This document shows, one piece after another, positions 9,030 through 16,353 of a DNA stretch of 46,513 bases. Below the pieces are notes generated by a model that ran no database searches, was not told the origin of the DNA, and was given only the letters and a program-made list of their open reading frames with translations. The number at the start of each line of letters is the position of its first letter. The first letter of the stretch is position 1. The translations under genes were made by a program, and so were the position numbers. This DNA comes from Candidatus Zixiibacteriota bacterium (lineage in GTDB: Bacteria > Zixibacteria > MSB-5A5 > GN15 > FEB-12), in contig JAYRFH010000019.1 in assembly GCA_041908405.1 (NCBI GenBank), forward strand, positions 1 to 46,513, given 5' to 3'.

Positions 9030-9575
9030 ATGAAACCGATCCCGTACCCGCAGATGGTCCATGCCATGCAGACCAATGATGCTTCGTTTAATGGTCGCTT
9101 TTATGTTGGGGTCCATTCGACCGGCATCTTCTGTCTCCCGTCCTGTCGCGCGCGCCTTCCGAAACTGCAGAATGTCCGCTTCTATGGCACACGCGAGGAC
9201 GCAATCGGCGCGGGGCTTCGTGGCTGCAAACGTTGCCGCGCGGAGTTTTTTCCGAACAATCTCCCGTCCTGGCTCTATGCGCTGATCCATCATATGCGAC
9301 AGCATTGCGAGGAGCGGATGTCTGAGAAGCGGCTGGTCGAGATTGCGGGAGTCGACATCTCCACCATCCGCCGCCATTTCAAAGAATCACTTGGGATGAC
9401 TCCGCTGGCTTTTCATCGAAAACTTCGGTTGGAGTATGCGCGAGAGATGATCGAAAACGGCGAGCGATATCTCGATGCCGCGTACGCAGTCGGGTATGAG
9501 TCGCCATCAGCGTTCCGGGATGCCTTCGTCCGTCAGTTCGGCAAAACGCCGGGAGAGTATTATGCCCAGCACTAG
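9030..9575 (+). CDS. adaA: Ada N-terminal-type methylphosphotriester-DNA methyltransferase / AraC-family regulator
   Basis: Ada zinc-cysteine motif FCLPSCRAR...GCKRCR, followed by an AraC-type HTH (AGVDISTIRRHFKESLGMTPLAFHRKLRL...VGYESPSAFRDAFVRQFG). Confidence 0.85.
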   Translation: MKPIPYPQMVHAMQTNDASFNGRFYVGVHSTGIFCLPSCRARLPKLQNVRFYGTREDAIGAGLRGCKRCRAEFFPNNLPSWLYALIHHMRQHCEERMSEKRLVEIAGVDISTIRRHFKESLGMTPLAFHRKLRLEYAREMIENGERYLDAAYAVGYESPSAFRDAFVRQFGKTPGEYYAQH

Positions 9576-10107
9576 CGCGATATCGAGCGAGAAGATGGTC
9601 TGTTGCGATCTCCCCAGCCCGCTCGGTGAGATGATCGCTGGCGCGAGCGAGAAGGGGATCTGTTTCCTTGAATGGCATGACCGCGGCGGAGTCGACCGGA
9701 TCAAAGCGCGCGTGGAGAAACGGTATCGCCGCGAGATCGAACCGGGGGAGAACCAGCATCTGTCAAAACTTCGTGAGGAGTTGGCGCGCTACTTTGATGG
9801 CAAGCTCTCCGGCTTCACGGTCGAGCTTGATATCCGCGGCACCGAGTTCGAGCAAATAGTCTGGCGTCAATTGCTGAAGATTCCGTATGGAGAGACTCGG
9901 TCGTACGGCCAAATGGCGGTTGATCTGAATCGACCCGGTGCGCAACGCGCGGTTGGTCGGGCGAATGGCGCAAATTATATAGCGATCGTCATACCGTGCC
10001 ACCGGGTGATCGAAGCAAACGGGAAACTTCGCGGCTATGGCGGCGGTCTTTGGCGCAAAGAGTGGCTGCTGAAATTGGAGCATTCGCAGCGCACCCTCGC
10101 CCTGTAA
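9562..10107 (+). CDS. ogt: Methylated-DNA--protein-cysteine methyltransferase
   Basis: The internal ATG at 9562 overlaps the adaA end by 14 nt. Active-site signature IVIPCHRVI, plus GETRSYGQMA and RAVGRANGAN motifs. Confidence 0.9.
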   Translation: MPSTSAISSEKMVCCDLPSPLGEMIAGASEKGICFLEWHDRGGVDRIKARVEKRYRREIEPGENQHLSKLREELARYFDGKLSGFTVELDIRGTEFEQIVWRQLLKIPYGETRSYGQMAVDLNRPGAQRAVGRANGANYIAIVIPCHRVIEANGKLRGYGGGLWRKEWLLKLEHSQRTLAL

Positions 10108-10446
10108 CCCTCTTAACCGCTTGATGTATTGGCGGTTACCACGCCTCCTCAAATCTTTGAATACGAAACAAATATCCGGAGTATACGTTATGGAAGATGC
10201 GGTGATTGGATGCCGTCCGCCGATAGAGTATATTGGTATGACGGCTCGACGATGATCGACCACGCGCGAGACTGCGTACTGGTGATCTCAATCACCGTAC
10301 CCCACCATGTATGGTGGGCGTGGATTGGTGAACGTTGATCGCACGGTAAGCGCGAAGCGGACCAGTGCAGACAGCGTCTGTTCTTTGAAAACTGGAGAGT
10401 CTGCCATGACTCTCACGTACATTCTTGAATTTGTCTCTCACGATAT

Positions 10447-10809
10447 GGGGGTGACAGGTTTCGACGGGTGTAGCGGGGAGTTGTTGGCGTGCCGGGGTTG
10501 TCTGGGTCCCCGTTATCAAACTAGGCAAACCACAAATGGCGAAAATAACTACGCCATGGCCGCCTAACTTAACCGTTAGTTGAAGGCCCGTCGTACTCGA
10601 GTGTTTGTCTCCATGCTCGGGATACGGCGTCGCTAAAGGAGACTCGATGATCTGGTGTCGCGACGGATCGTTTAAATAAAGCGGCTGGTGTCCGAAGTGG
10701 TCTGCGCCACGACAGCTTCGGATACGAGATAAATAGGCGGGTGCTACGCACGTAGAAGACAGCTTGACGTTATATTCGGACGGGGGTTCGATTCCCCCCA
10801 CCTCCACCA
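10447..10809 (+). ncRNA. ssrA: tmRNA (ssrA), encoded tag GENNYAMAA
   Basis: The 5' GGGGGUG pairs with the 3' CACCUCC, including the G3:U alanine identity pair. T-arm GGGGG-UUCGAUU-CCCCC, then discriminator A and an encoded CCA at 10807-10809. The tag ORF ggc gaa aat aac tac gcc atg gcc gcc taa lies at 10538-10567. Confidence 0.93.
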
Positions 10810-10970
10810 GATTTTCCAAAGGTCTCTCCACGTTCGGCACCACCTGTTTCGGCACTTCCAGATCCAGACCCTCCCGGATGAAGCACTCCGACTGGAACCG
10901 TTCTCGCCAAACTCTTAAGCTCAACAGGCTATCCACCGGTAAAAACACTAAGCATGGGGGTTGCTCTTCA

Positions 10971-11045
10971 CCGCGGCGAATTTGTCTCCCATCGATTAGC
11001 ACGGCCGCGGCCAATTTGTCTTACCCCTGAAAAACACGGCCGCGG
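10971..11045 (+). repeat. Cluster of short direct repeats containing CCGCGG
   Basis: CCGCGGCGAATTTGTCT (10971-10987) and CCGCGGCCAATTTGTCT (11005-11021) match at 16 of 17 positions, 34 nt apart. CACGGCCGCGG occurs at 11000-11010 and 11035-11045. Confidence 0.5.
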
Positions 11046-11228
11046 TGATGAGGCCTTGTTCACCGATTTTACCAGACCAGTTGCTCTTGCTATTTCTACG
11101 TCGCCATACTATACCAATCTTAACTCTGAGTGTTCGAACTCACCGCGGCGCGCCCCCAAAAGCCGCCCGGGAGAACCTGCCGGCCACGGTCACTCAACCG
11201 TGAGTAGGGCAAAATGGAGGTAAGAACC

Positions 11229-11909
11229 ATGCAGCCAATTGATAAATCCAAAGCTACCTACTTGTACGATAAGATCCTCGACGGCACGCTGGGGGAAGAA
11301 CTCTCCGAACAATTGCGGGCATTTCTGGCCACTGAACACATCTACCTGTCGGCCACACGGGAGATTGTCACCAAATTAGAAAATCTAAATGACGAGTTCA
11401 AGTACAGTCGACATCATAACCCGATCCATCACATTACCGCTCGTGTCAAGACTCCCAAGCGCATCATGGAGAAACTGGTCAGGAAGGGATTCGAATTGTC
11501 TCTGGCTTCGGCGCGTCAGAATATTTATGACATTGCCGGAGTGCGGGTCATCTGTTCCTATGTTGACGATATCTACCTGGTGGCTGACCTGCTGACCTCG
11601 CAAAGTGATATCGAGCTGGTTCGCGAGCTCGATTATATCAAGAACCCGAAGCCGAATGGCTATCGCAGCCTGCATCTGATCATTTCGGTCCCGGTCTTTC
11701 TCTCAACCGGCCCGGAGCCTGTAAAGGTCGAAATTCAACTTCGCACGATCGCCATGGATTTTTGGGCATCGTTGGAACATGAGTTGGCCTATCGACTGGC
11801 CGACCCGCAGGGCGTGGAGATGAAACGAGAGCTGAAAGACTGCGCGGATGTCATCGCGGCGACGGACATTCGTATGCAGAAGCTCTATAATGAGATGAGT
11901 CACCTGTAG
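11229..11909 (+). CDS. Small alarmone synthetase (RelA/SpoT-domain GTP pyrophosphokinase, RelQ/RelP type)
   Basis: The ATG at 11229 lies 8 nt after GGAGG. Motifs RVKTPKRIMEKL, YDIAGVRVICSYVDD, KPNGYRSLHLII and EIQLRTIAMDFWASLEHELAYR are collinear with B. subtilis YjbM/YwaC. Confidence 0.85.
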   Translation: MQPIDKSKATYLYDKILDGTLGEELSEQLRAFLATEHIYLSATREIVTKLENLNDEFKYSRHHNPIHHITARVKTPKRIMEKLVRKGFELSLASARQNIYDIAGVRVICSYVDDIYLVADLLTSQSDIELVRELDYIKNPKPNGYRSLHLIISVPVFLSTGPEPVKVEIQLRTIAMDFWASLEHELAYRLADPQGVEMKRELKDCADVIAATDIRMQKLYNEMSHL

Positions 11910-12316
11910 CCTTGTCCAGCCCTAACTGCTTACTCGCGGGGATGTTAACTTATTTCGCTCCCCGCCTCCAAGGCGCGTGGCTAACCACTCCAGGATAACC
12001 CCCGCGCCAGCGGACTAGGGGAATCCCTTAGCTCACCCTGCTCTTGACCATTCCTGAATTCCTCCTTTGGCTAATATCAGTTACGCCGATCACTGACTCG
12101 CGATTCTCCAGAAGCCGCGACGTCTTTCCTCACAAACACCTCCGAATATCCGGCCACGCCCGATATCCGCAATTTCACAGATGCCGTTATTTCTCACAGA
12201 AGGAACAATCGACTCCAGTCGCCACCAACCAGTGAACTGGAAGTTGAAACACGAAAACAAAGCGAATTCATGATACCGAGCTTTCAGACCTTACAATCTA
12301 ATGGAGGTAAGAGACA

Positions 12317-13129
12317 ATGAAGAGCAAACGACTCGAGTCAAGGGTGCTCAAACAACACGGCAATTCCACCAATTTGCTGATCAGGGCCGGGGACACAGTG
12401 GTGCAGGCAAACTACTCAGAACTGGCTCCATGCGAATTTCCGGTCTGGACCGGCAAACCTGTGCAGGTCGAAGTCCCCACCGGTGGCGTCAAACGGCATG
12501 TAGTGGGTTTATCCTCTGAGGATTTCCTCAAGAAGCACGCGGACGGGGGATTACCCAACACTATTAAGTTCCCGGTCTATTCCTATCAGGCCCTTTCTAC
12601 AGCGGAGATGTTCGAGAATCTCTCGGGGTCCGCGGATGGCGCAAGTCGCGCCGGCACTGCGGTATTGCGCGAACCGATCGCGGCCCTGGGTGTCTCGGCC
12701 TCCGGCTACTCAGCCGACGGCCTGCGATCAGAGATTCACGGTGTCCTGCCGGTTTGGCATGATGGCACGGCGGTCCTGGTCACGCTGCACTGGTACGACG
12801 GCGAGCCGAGCGAAGGTACGCCAAATCCCGAATGGTTTTTGCGCGGAACCGAAGGTATGCCGCTAGAGCAAGGGCTGCAGTCCGTTCGGAATTTCGTGCT
12901 CCTGCCGGCCCACCTGACGGATCAGCGCTATGTCCTCTCGCTGTCGCCATGGAAGTTTGGCGAGGTGTTTGTCGGTGACTCCGGCAGTGAGATCAACCAC
13001 AAGATCTGGCAGCGCGAATGGAGATTCACCAGTATCGACGAATTCAGAACCGCACTCGGTCGGGTCTGTGATGGCATGTTGGGCCAATTCACAACCGGGC
13101 GACAGTCGCTCGTTGGTCAACGAGCCTAA
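12317..13129 (+). CDS. Hypothetical cytoplasmic protein (270 aa), no recognisable domain
   Basis: GGAGGT sits 9 nt upstream of the ATG. The ORF is long and its composition looks plausible for a real protein. No signal peptide or TM segment. I recognise no family motif. Confidence 0.55.
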   Translation: MKSKRLESRVLKQHGNSTNLLIRAGDTVVQANYSELAPCEFPVWTGKPVQVEVPTGGVKRHVVGLSSEDFLKKHADGGLPNTIKFPVYSYQALSTAEMFENLSGSADGASRAGTAVLREPIAALGVSASGYSADGLRSEIHGVLPVWHDGTAVLVTLHWYDGEPSEGTPNPEWFLRGTEGMPLEQGLQSVRNFVLLPAHLTDQRYVLSLSPWKFGEVFVGDSGSEINHKIWQREWRFTSIDEFRTALGRVCDGMLGQFTTGRQSLVGQRA

Positions 13130-13161
13130 TTGAAGAGCAATAGTACAATAAGGAGAAAGAT

Positions 13162-14334
13162 ATGCGAATCGTAGTTCCCAAAGAGATCCTGCACGCTGAA
13201 AAGCGAGTTGCCGCCATTCCTGAAACGGTTGAGAAATTCCGTAAGAAAGGATTCGACGTCGCCGTTCAGGCTGGCGCCGGTGAAGGCATATTTGTGTCCG
13301 ACGAGGCCTACAAGAAGGCCGGCGCTGAGATCGTCACCGACGTCCAGGAACTGTTCGGCATGGCCGACCTGATCCTCAAGGTCAAGCAGCCCATCTTTAA
13401 TGAAACTGTCGGCAAACACGAAGTGGATATGATGCCTCGTTCGGCGACGCTGGTGACGTTTCTGCATCCGGCCTCCCCGGACAGCCATGAGATGGTTCGC
13501 AAGTTAGCGAGCCGCGGCATCCTGTCATTCACGATGGATGGCATTCCGCGGATCTCTCGCGCGCAACGTATGGATGCGCTGACTTCGATGAGCACGGTTG
13601 CCGGATACCGAGCGGTACTCGATGCCGCGGAGTACCTGCCGCGTTTCCTCCCGATGGTGGGAACGGCGATCGGCGCCATCAAACCGGCGACCGTGCTGGT
13701 CGTCGGAGCCGGTGTAGCCGGTCTGCAGTCGATCGCGACGGCCAAGCGCCTTGGCGCTGTGGTCAAAGCCTGGGATATTCGCGAATCGGCCCGTCAGGAA
13801 GCCGCCAGTCTTGGAGCCAAGATCGAAGGATTTGAGGTTCCTACCGGGCTGGCGATCGCTGAAGGCGGGTACGCGAAGCAACTCCCTGATACCTGGCTGT
13901 TGCAGGAGCAGAAGGCCATTCGGGATATCGCCCACCAGATCGATATCATGATCCTCTCGGCTCTCGTTCCGGGTTCTTTGGCGCCTACCATCGTGACAGA
14001 CGAAGCGGTGGCGTGCATGAAGCCCGGCTCGGTGATCATCGACATCTCCATTGACCAGGGTGGCAACTGCGAGTTGACCCGTCCCGGCCAGGAAGTCATG
14101 AAGCATGATGTTCGTGTCTGTGGCGTGCAGAACCTCCCTGGTCGCATGCCCATGCAGTCCTCGTGGCTCTATGCCAACAACATGTACTACTACATCGAGA
14201 ACATGTACAAGCATGGGGCGCAGTCGCCGGACCTCACCGATGAGATCGTCAAGACCTCGCTGGTGACCAGCGGCGGCAAGATCGTCTATGGACCGGCTCT
14301 CGAGGCTATGCACGAAAGCGTGGCCGCGAAGTGA
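13162..14334 (+). CDS. pntA: NAD(P) transhydrogenase subunit alpha part 1 (dI)
   Basis: AAGGAGA RBS. MRIVVPKEILHAEKRVAAIPETV... is alanine-dehydrogenase/PNT-like, with the NAD-binding motif VLVVGAGVAGLQSIATAKRLGA. Confidence 0.92.
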   Translation: MRIVVPKEILHAEKRVAAIPETVEKFRKKGFDVAVQAGAGEGIFVSDEAYKKAGAEIVTDVQELFGMADLILKVKQPIFNETVGKHEVDMMPRSATLVTFLHPASPDSHEMVRKLASRGILSFTMDGIPRISRAQRMDALTSMSTVAGYRAVLDAAEYLPRFLPMVGTAIGAIKPATVLVVGAGVAGLQSIATAKRLGAVVKAWDIRESARQEAASLGAKIEGFEVPTGLAIAEGGYAKQLPDTWLLQEQKAIRDIAHQIDIMILSALVPGSLAPTIVTDEAVACMKPGSVIIDISIDQGGNCELTRPGQEVMKHDVRVCGVQNLPGRMPMQSSWLYANNMYYYIENMYKHGAQSPDLTDEIVKTSLVTSGGKIVYGPALEAMHESVAAK

Positions 14335-14355
14335 CCAGCACAAAGGAGAACTAAC

Positions 14356-14664
14356 GTGTCTGACCTGATTTTGATGTTGTCTGTTTTTGCGGTGGCGTTC
14401 GGAGTGGGCTATCTGCTCATTTCGCGGGTTCCCCCACTCCTGCACACGCCGCTGATGTCCATGACCAATGCGGTCTCTGCCGTGACCATCCTGGGAGCGA
14501 TCCTGTTGTTCACTGTGCAGTCTGACACCGGCTCGATTATTGTCGGTATGCTCGCTCTCGCGACCGCGGCTTTCAACCTGATCGGTGGATTCATGATCAC
14601 CGATCGGATGACCCGGCTGTTCAAAACACAGCAAGCCAACCACGCAAAGGGTGAGGACCGATAA
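14356..14664 (+). CDS. NAD(P) transhydrogenase subunit alpha part 2 (membrane dII-a)
   Basis: GTG start after AAAGGAGA. 102 aa with three TM helices and the PLMSMTNAVS motif typical of PntAB. Confidence 0.85.
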   Translation: MSDLILMLSVFAVAFGVGYLLISRVPPLLHTPLMSMTNAVSAVTILGAILLFTVQSDTGSIIVGMLALATAAFNLIGGFMITDRMTRLFKTQQANHAKGEDR

Positions 14665-14723
14665 TGCAACTCACAGCTGCTGCCGCGCCTGACGTTCCGG
14701 TCCCGGAGAGAGTGGAAGGCTGT

Positions 14724-14777
14724 CTTGACGGATCAGCACATCTCGATCGTCATCGACAGTCGAGCGGATCTGTCAAG
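14724..14777 (+). other. Long stem-loop inside the pntAB-pntB spacer
   Basis: CTTGACGGATC (14724-14734) pairs with GATCTGTCAAG (14767-14777): 11 bp with one G-U. An inner CTCGA/TCGAG helix lies at 14742-14746 / 14760-14764. Confidence 0.4.
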
Positions 14778-14922
14778 GCGCGGTCCGGCTGTGAAAGGGG
14801 AGAGGCACACCAACTAATTGTCTGCTCGGATCGTGCGATCACATCGTTCCTGGCGAGACATGACCAGACCGGTCTGGCTTGCGAGGTAGGGATGTACGGG
14901 CAGCGAATGTGGAGTCACACAC

Positions 14923-16353
14923 ATGGATAACCTAATAAAGTTCCTCCTGGAACTACTGATCATAGTCCTACTGATAGTGGGCATTACGTTGTTCCGTTCA
15001 CCGCGCGGGGCGAGATGGGGCAATCTCATTGCGGCTGCGGCACTGCTCGCGGCCATAATCCTGGTGACCGCGACTCACCAGATATTCGATCTGCCATGGT
15101 TATTGGCGGCCCTGCTCATTGGCGGAGCGGTAGGTATCGTCGTGGCCATGCGGGTCACCATGATCCAGATCCCCGCGATGGTGGCGTTCCAGCACGGGGC
15201 GGGAGGCGTTGCCGCCTGCACGATCGCGTTCGTAGAATTGACCAGATCCGGCGCGGAATTGACGGCCCTCGGCGAGGTCTCGGGCTACCTGGGGCTCATC
15301 ATCGGCGCGGCCACATTTAGTGGAAGCATGCTGGCAAGCGCGAAGCTCGCCGCCAAGGTGAGACAAACACCGACCATCTTTGCTCATCATAATGCCGCGC
15401 TACTGATCGTCCTTGGCGCCATCGTCGGCCTGTGCGTGACGGCGGCATTTTCACCCGGTGCTGCCCTCGTGGCCCTGCTTATCGGCGTACTGGTCGCAGC
15501 GGCATTTCTCGGATGGCTCTTCTCCATTCGGGTTGGCGGCGCTGATATGCCGGTGCTGATCTCATTCCTCAATGCCACGGCGGGTCTGGCGGCCGCTTTT
15601 TGCGGCATCGTGATCAAAAACCAACTCCTGATCGCGTGTGGAGCAACGGTGGCCGCCTCCGGGTCTATCCTCACAGCGGTAATGTGCAAAGCCATGAACC
15701 GATCGTTCGTCAAGGTCTTGTCTGGTGCAAAGACAGCTCTCGCCCCGGTGACCAATCGTTCCCAGGAACCACAGCCCGTCGAGGTCACGCGCGTCGAGCG
15801 AACGTTCTCCGAGTCAATGGGCCAGGCGAAGAAGATCCTGCGCGAAGCAGGCAGCGTGATCATCGTGCCGGGATATGGCATGGCTCTCGCCAAAGCGCAA
15901 TTCCAGGTAGCCGATCTGTCCAGGCGACTGATGGCGACAGGAAAACAGGTCAGTTTCGCTATCCATCCGGTTGCCGGGCGCATGCCGGGCCACATGAATG
16001 TCCTGCTGGCCGAGGCGGACGTTGATTATGAACTGCTTCGCGAAATGGACGAGGTCAACGACGAGTTCAAGTCGACTGATGTCGTACTGGTCATCGGAGC
16101 GTGCGATGTTGTCAACCCCGCGGCGATCCGGAAAGCCGATACGCCGATCTCCGGCATGCCGATCCTGAACGCGCATGAGGCCAAGCATGTGCTGGTCTTC
16201 AATCTCGATGAACGACCGGGGTATTCCGGCGTGCCCAATCCGCTCTATGATGAGCCGACCACTCTCCTGTTGTTCGGAGACGCCGCGAAGACGGTTGGCG
16301 AGATACTGGAAAGTGTGGAAACCGGTCGACAGCTTGAAGGAGCCAGAGTATGA
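14923..16353 (+). CDS. pntB: NAD(P) transhydrogenase subunit beta
   Basis: 476 aa. The N-terminal half is polytopic membrane. The C-terminal dIII domain carries IVPGYGMALAKAQ, AIHPVAGRMPGHMNVLLAEA and VIGACDVVNP. Confidence 0.92.
   Translation: MDNLIKFLLELLIIVLLIVGITLFRSPRGARWGNLIAAAALLAAIILVTATHQIFDLPWLLAALLIGGAVGIVVAMRVTMIQIPAMVAFQHGAGGVAACTIAFVELTRSGAELTALGEVSGYLGLIIGAATFSGSMLASAKLAAKVRQTPTIFAHHNAALLIVLGAIVGLCVTAAFSPGAALVALLIGVLVAAAFLGWLFSIRVGGADMPVLISFLNATAGLAAAFCGIVIKNQLLIACGATVAASGSILTAVMCKAMNRSFVKVLSGAKTALAPVTNRSQEPQPVEVTRVERTFSESMGQAKKILREAGSVIIVPGYGMALAKAQFQVADLSRRLMATGKQVSFAIHPVAGRMPGHMNVLLAEADVDYELLREMDEVNDEFKSTDVVLVIGACDVVNPAAIRKADTPISGMPILNAHEAKHVLVFNLDERPGYSGVPNPLYDEPTTLLLFGDAAKTVGEILESVETGRQLEGARV

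Noticed and set aside
10292-11014. 240-aa minus-strand ORF spanning this region.
   Set aside because: It lies antisense across the whole tmRNA gene (10447-10809), whose structure is unambiguous. The peptide is low-complexity and has no motif.
11125-11150. tRNA-like T-arm (GTGTTCGAACTCAC), and a GC-rich tRNA-looking stretch on the minus strand of 11925-12010.
   Set aside because: Neither folds into a cloverleaf. There is no acceptor stem or 7-nt anticodon loop, the T-loop geometry is wrong, and GTTCGAAC is just an 8-bp palindrome.
11229-13129. Toxic small alarmone synthetase (toxSAS) plus antitoxin pair, or a CapRel-like defence gene next to the tmRNA hotspot.
   Set aside because: The synthetase is collinear in length and motifs with housekeeping RelQ/RelP enzymes. 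The next gene is 407 nt away rather than overlapping. No pseudo-ZFD or antitoxin-like fusion is visible.
10810-13129. Genomic island integrated at the tmRNA 3' end.
   Set aside because: I found no integrase or recombinase gene and no second copy of the tmRNA 3' segment (GGTTCGATTCCCCCCACCTCCACCA) anywhere in the window. Only short 11-17-nt repeats remain, and these are reported separately at low interest.
13525-14643. 372-aa minus-strand ORF, the longest unexplained ORF in the track.
   Set aside because: It is entirely antisense to the clearly recognisable pntAA/pntAB genes. The Arg/His/Gly/Asp-rich composition is typical of antisense frames in GC-rich coding DNA.
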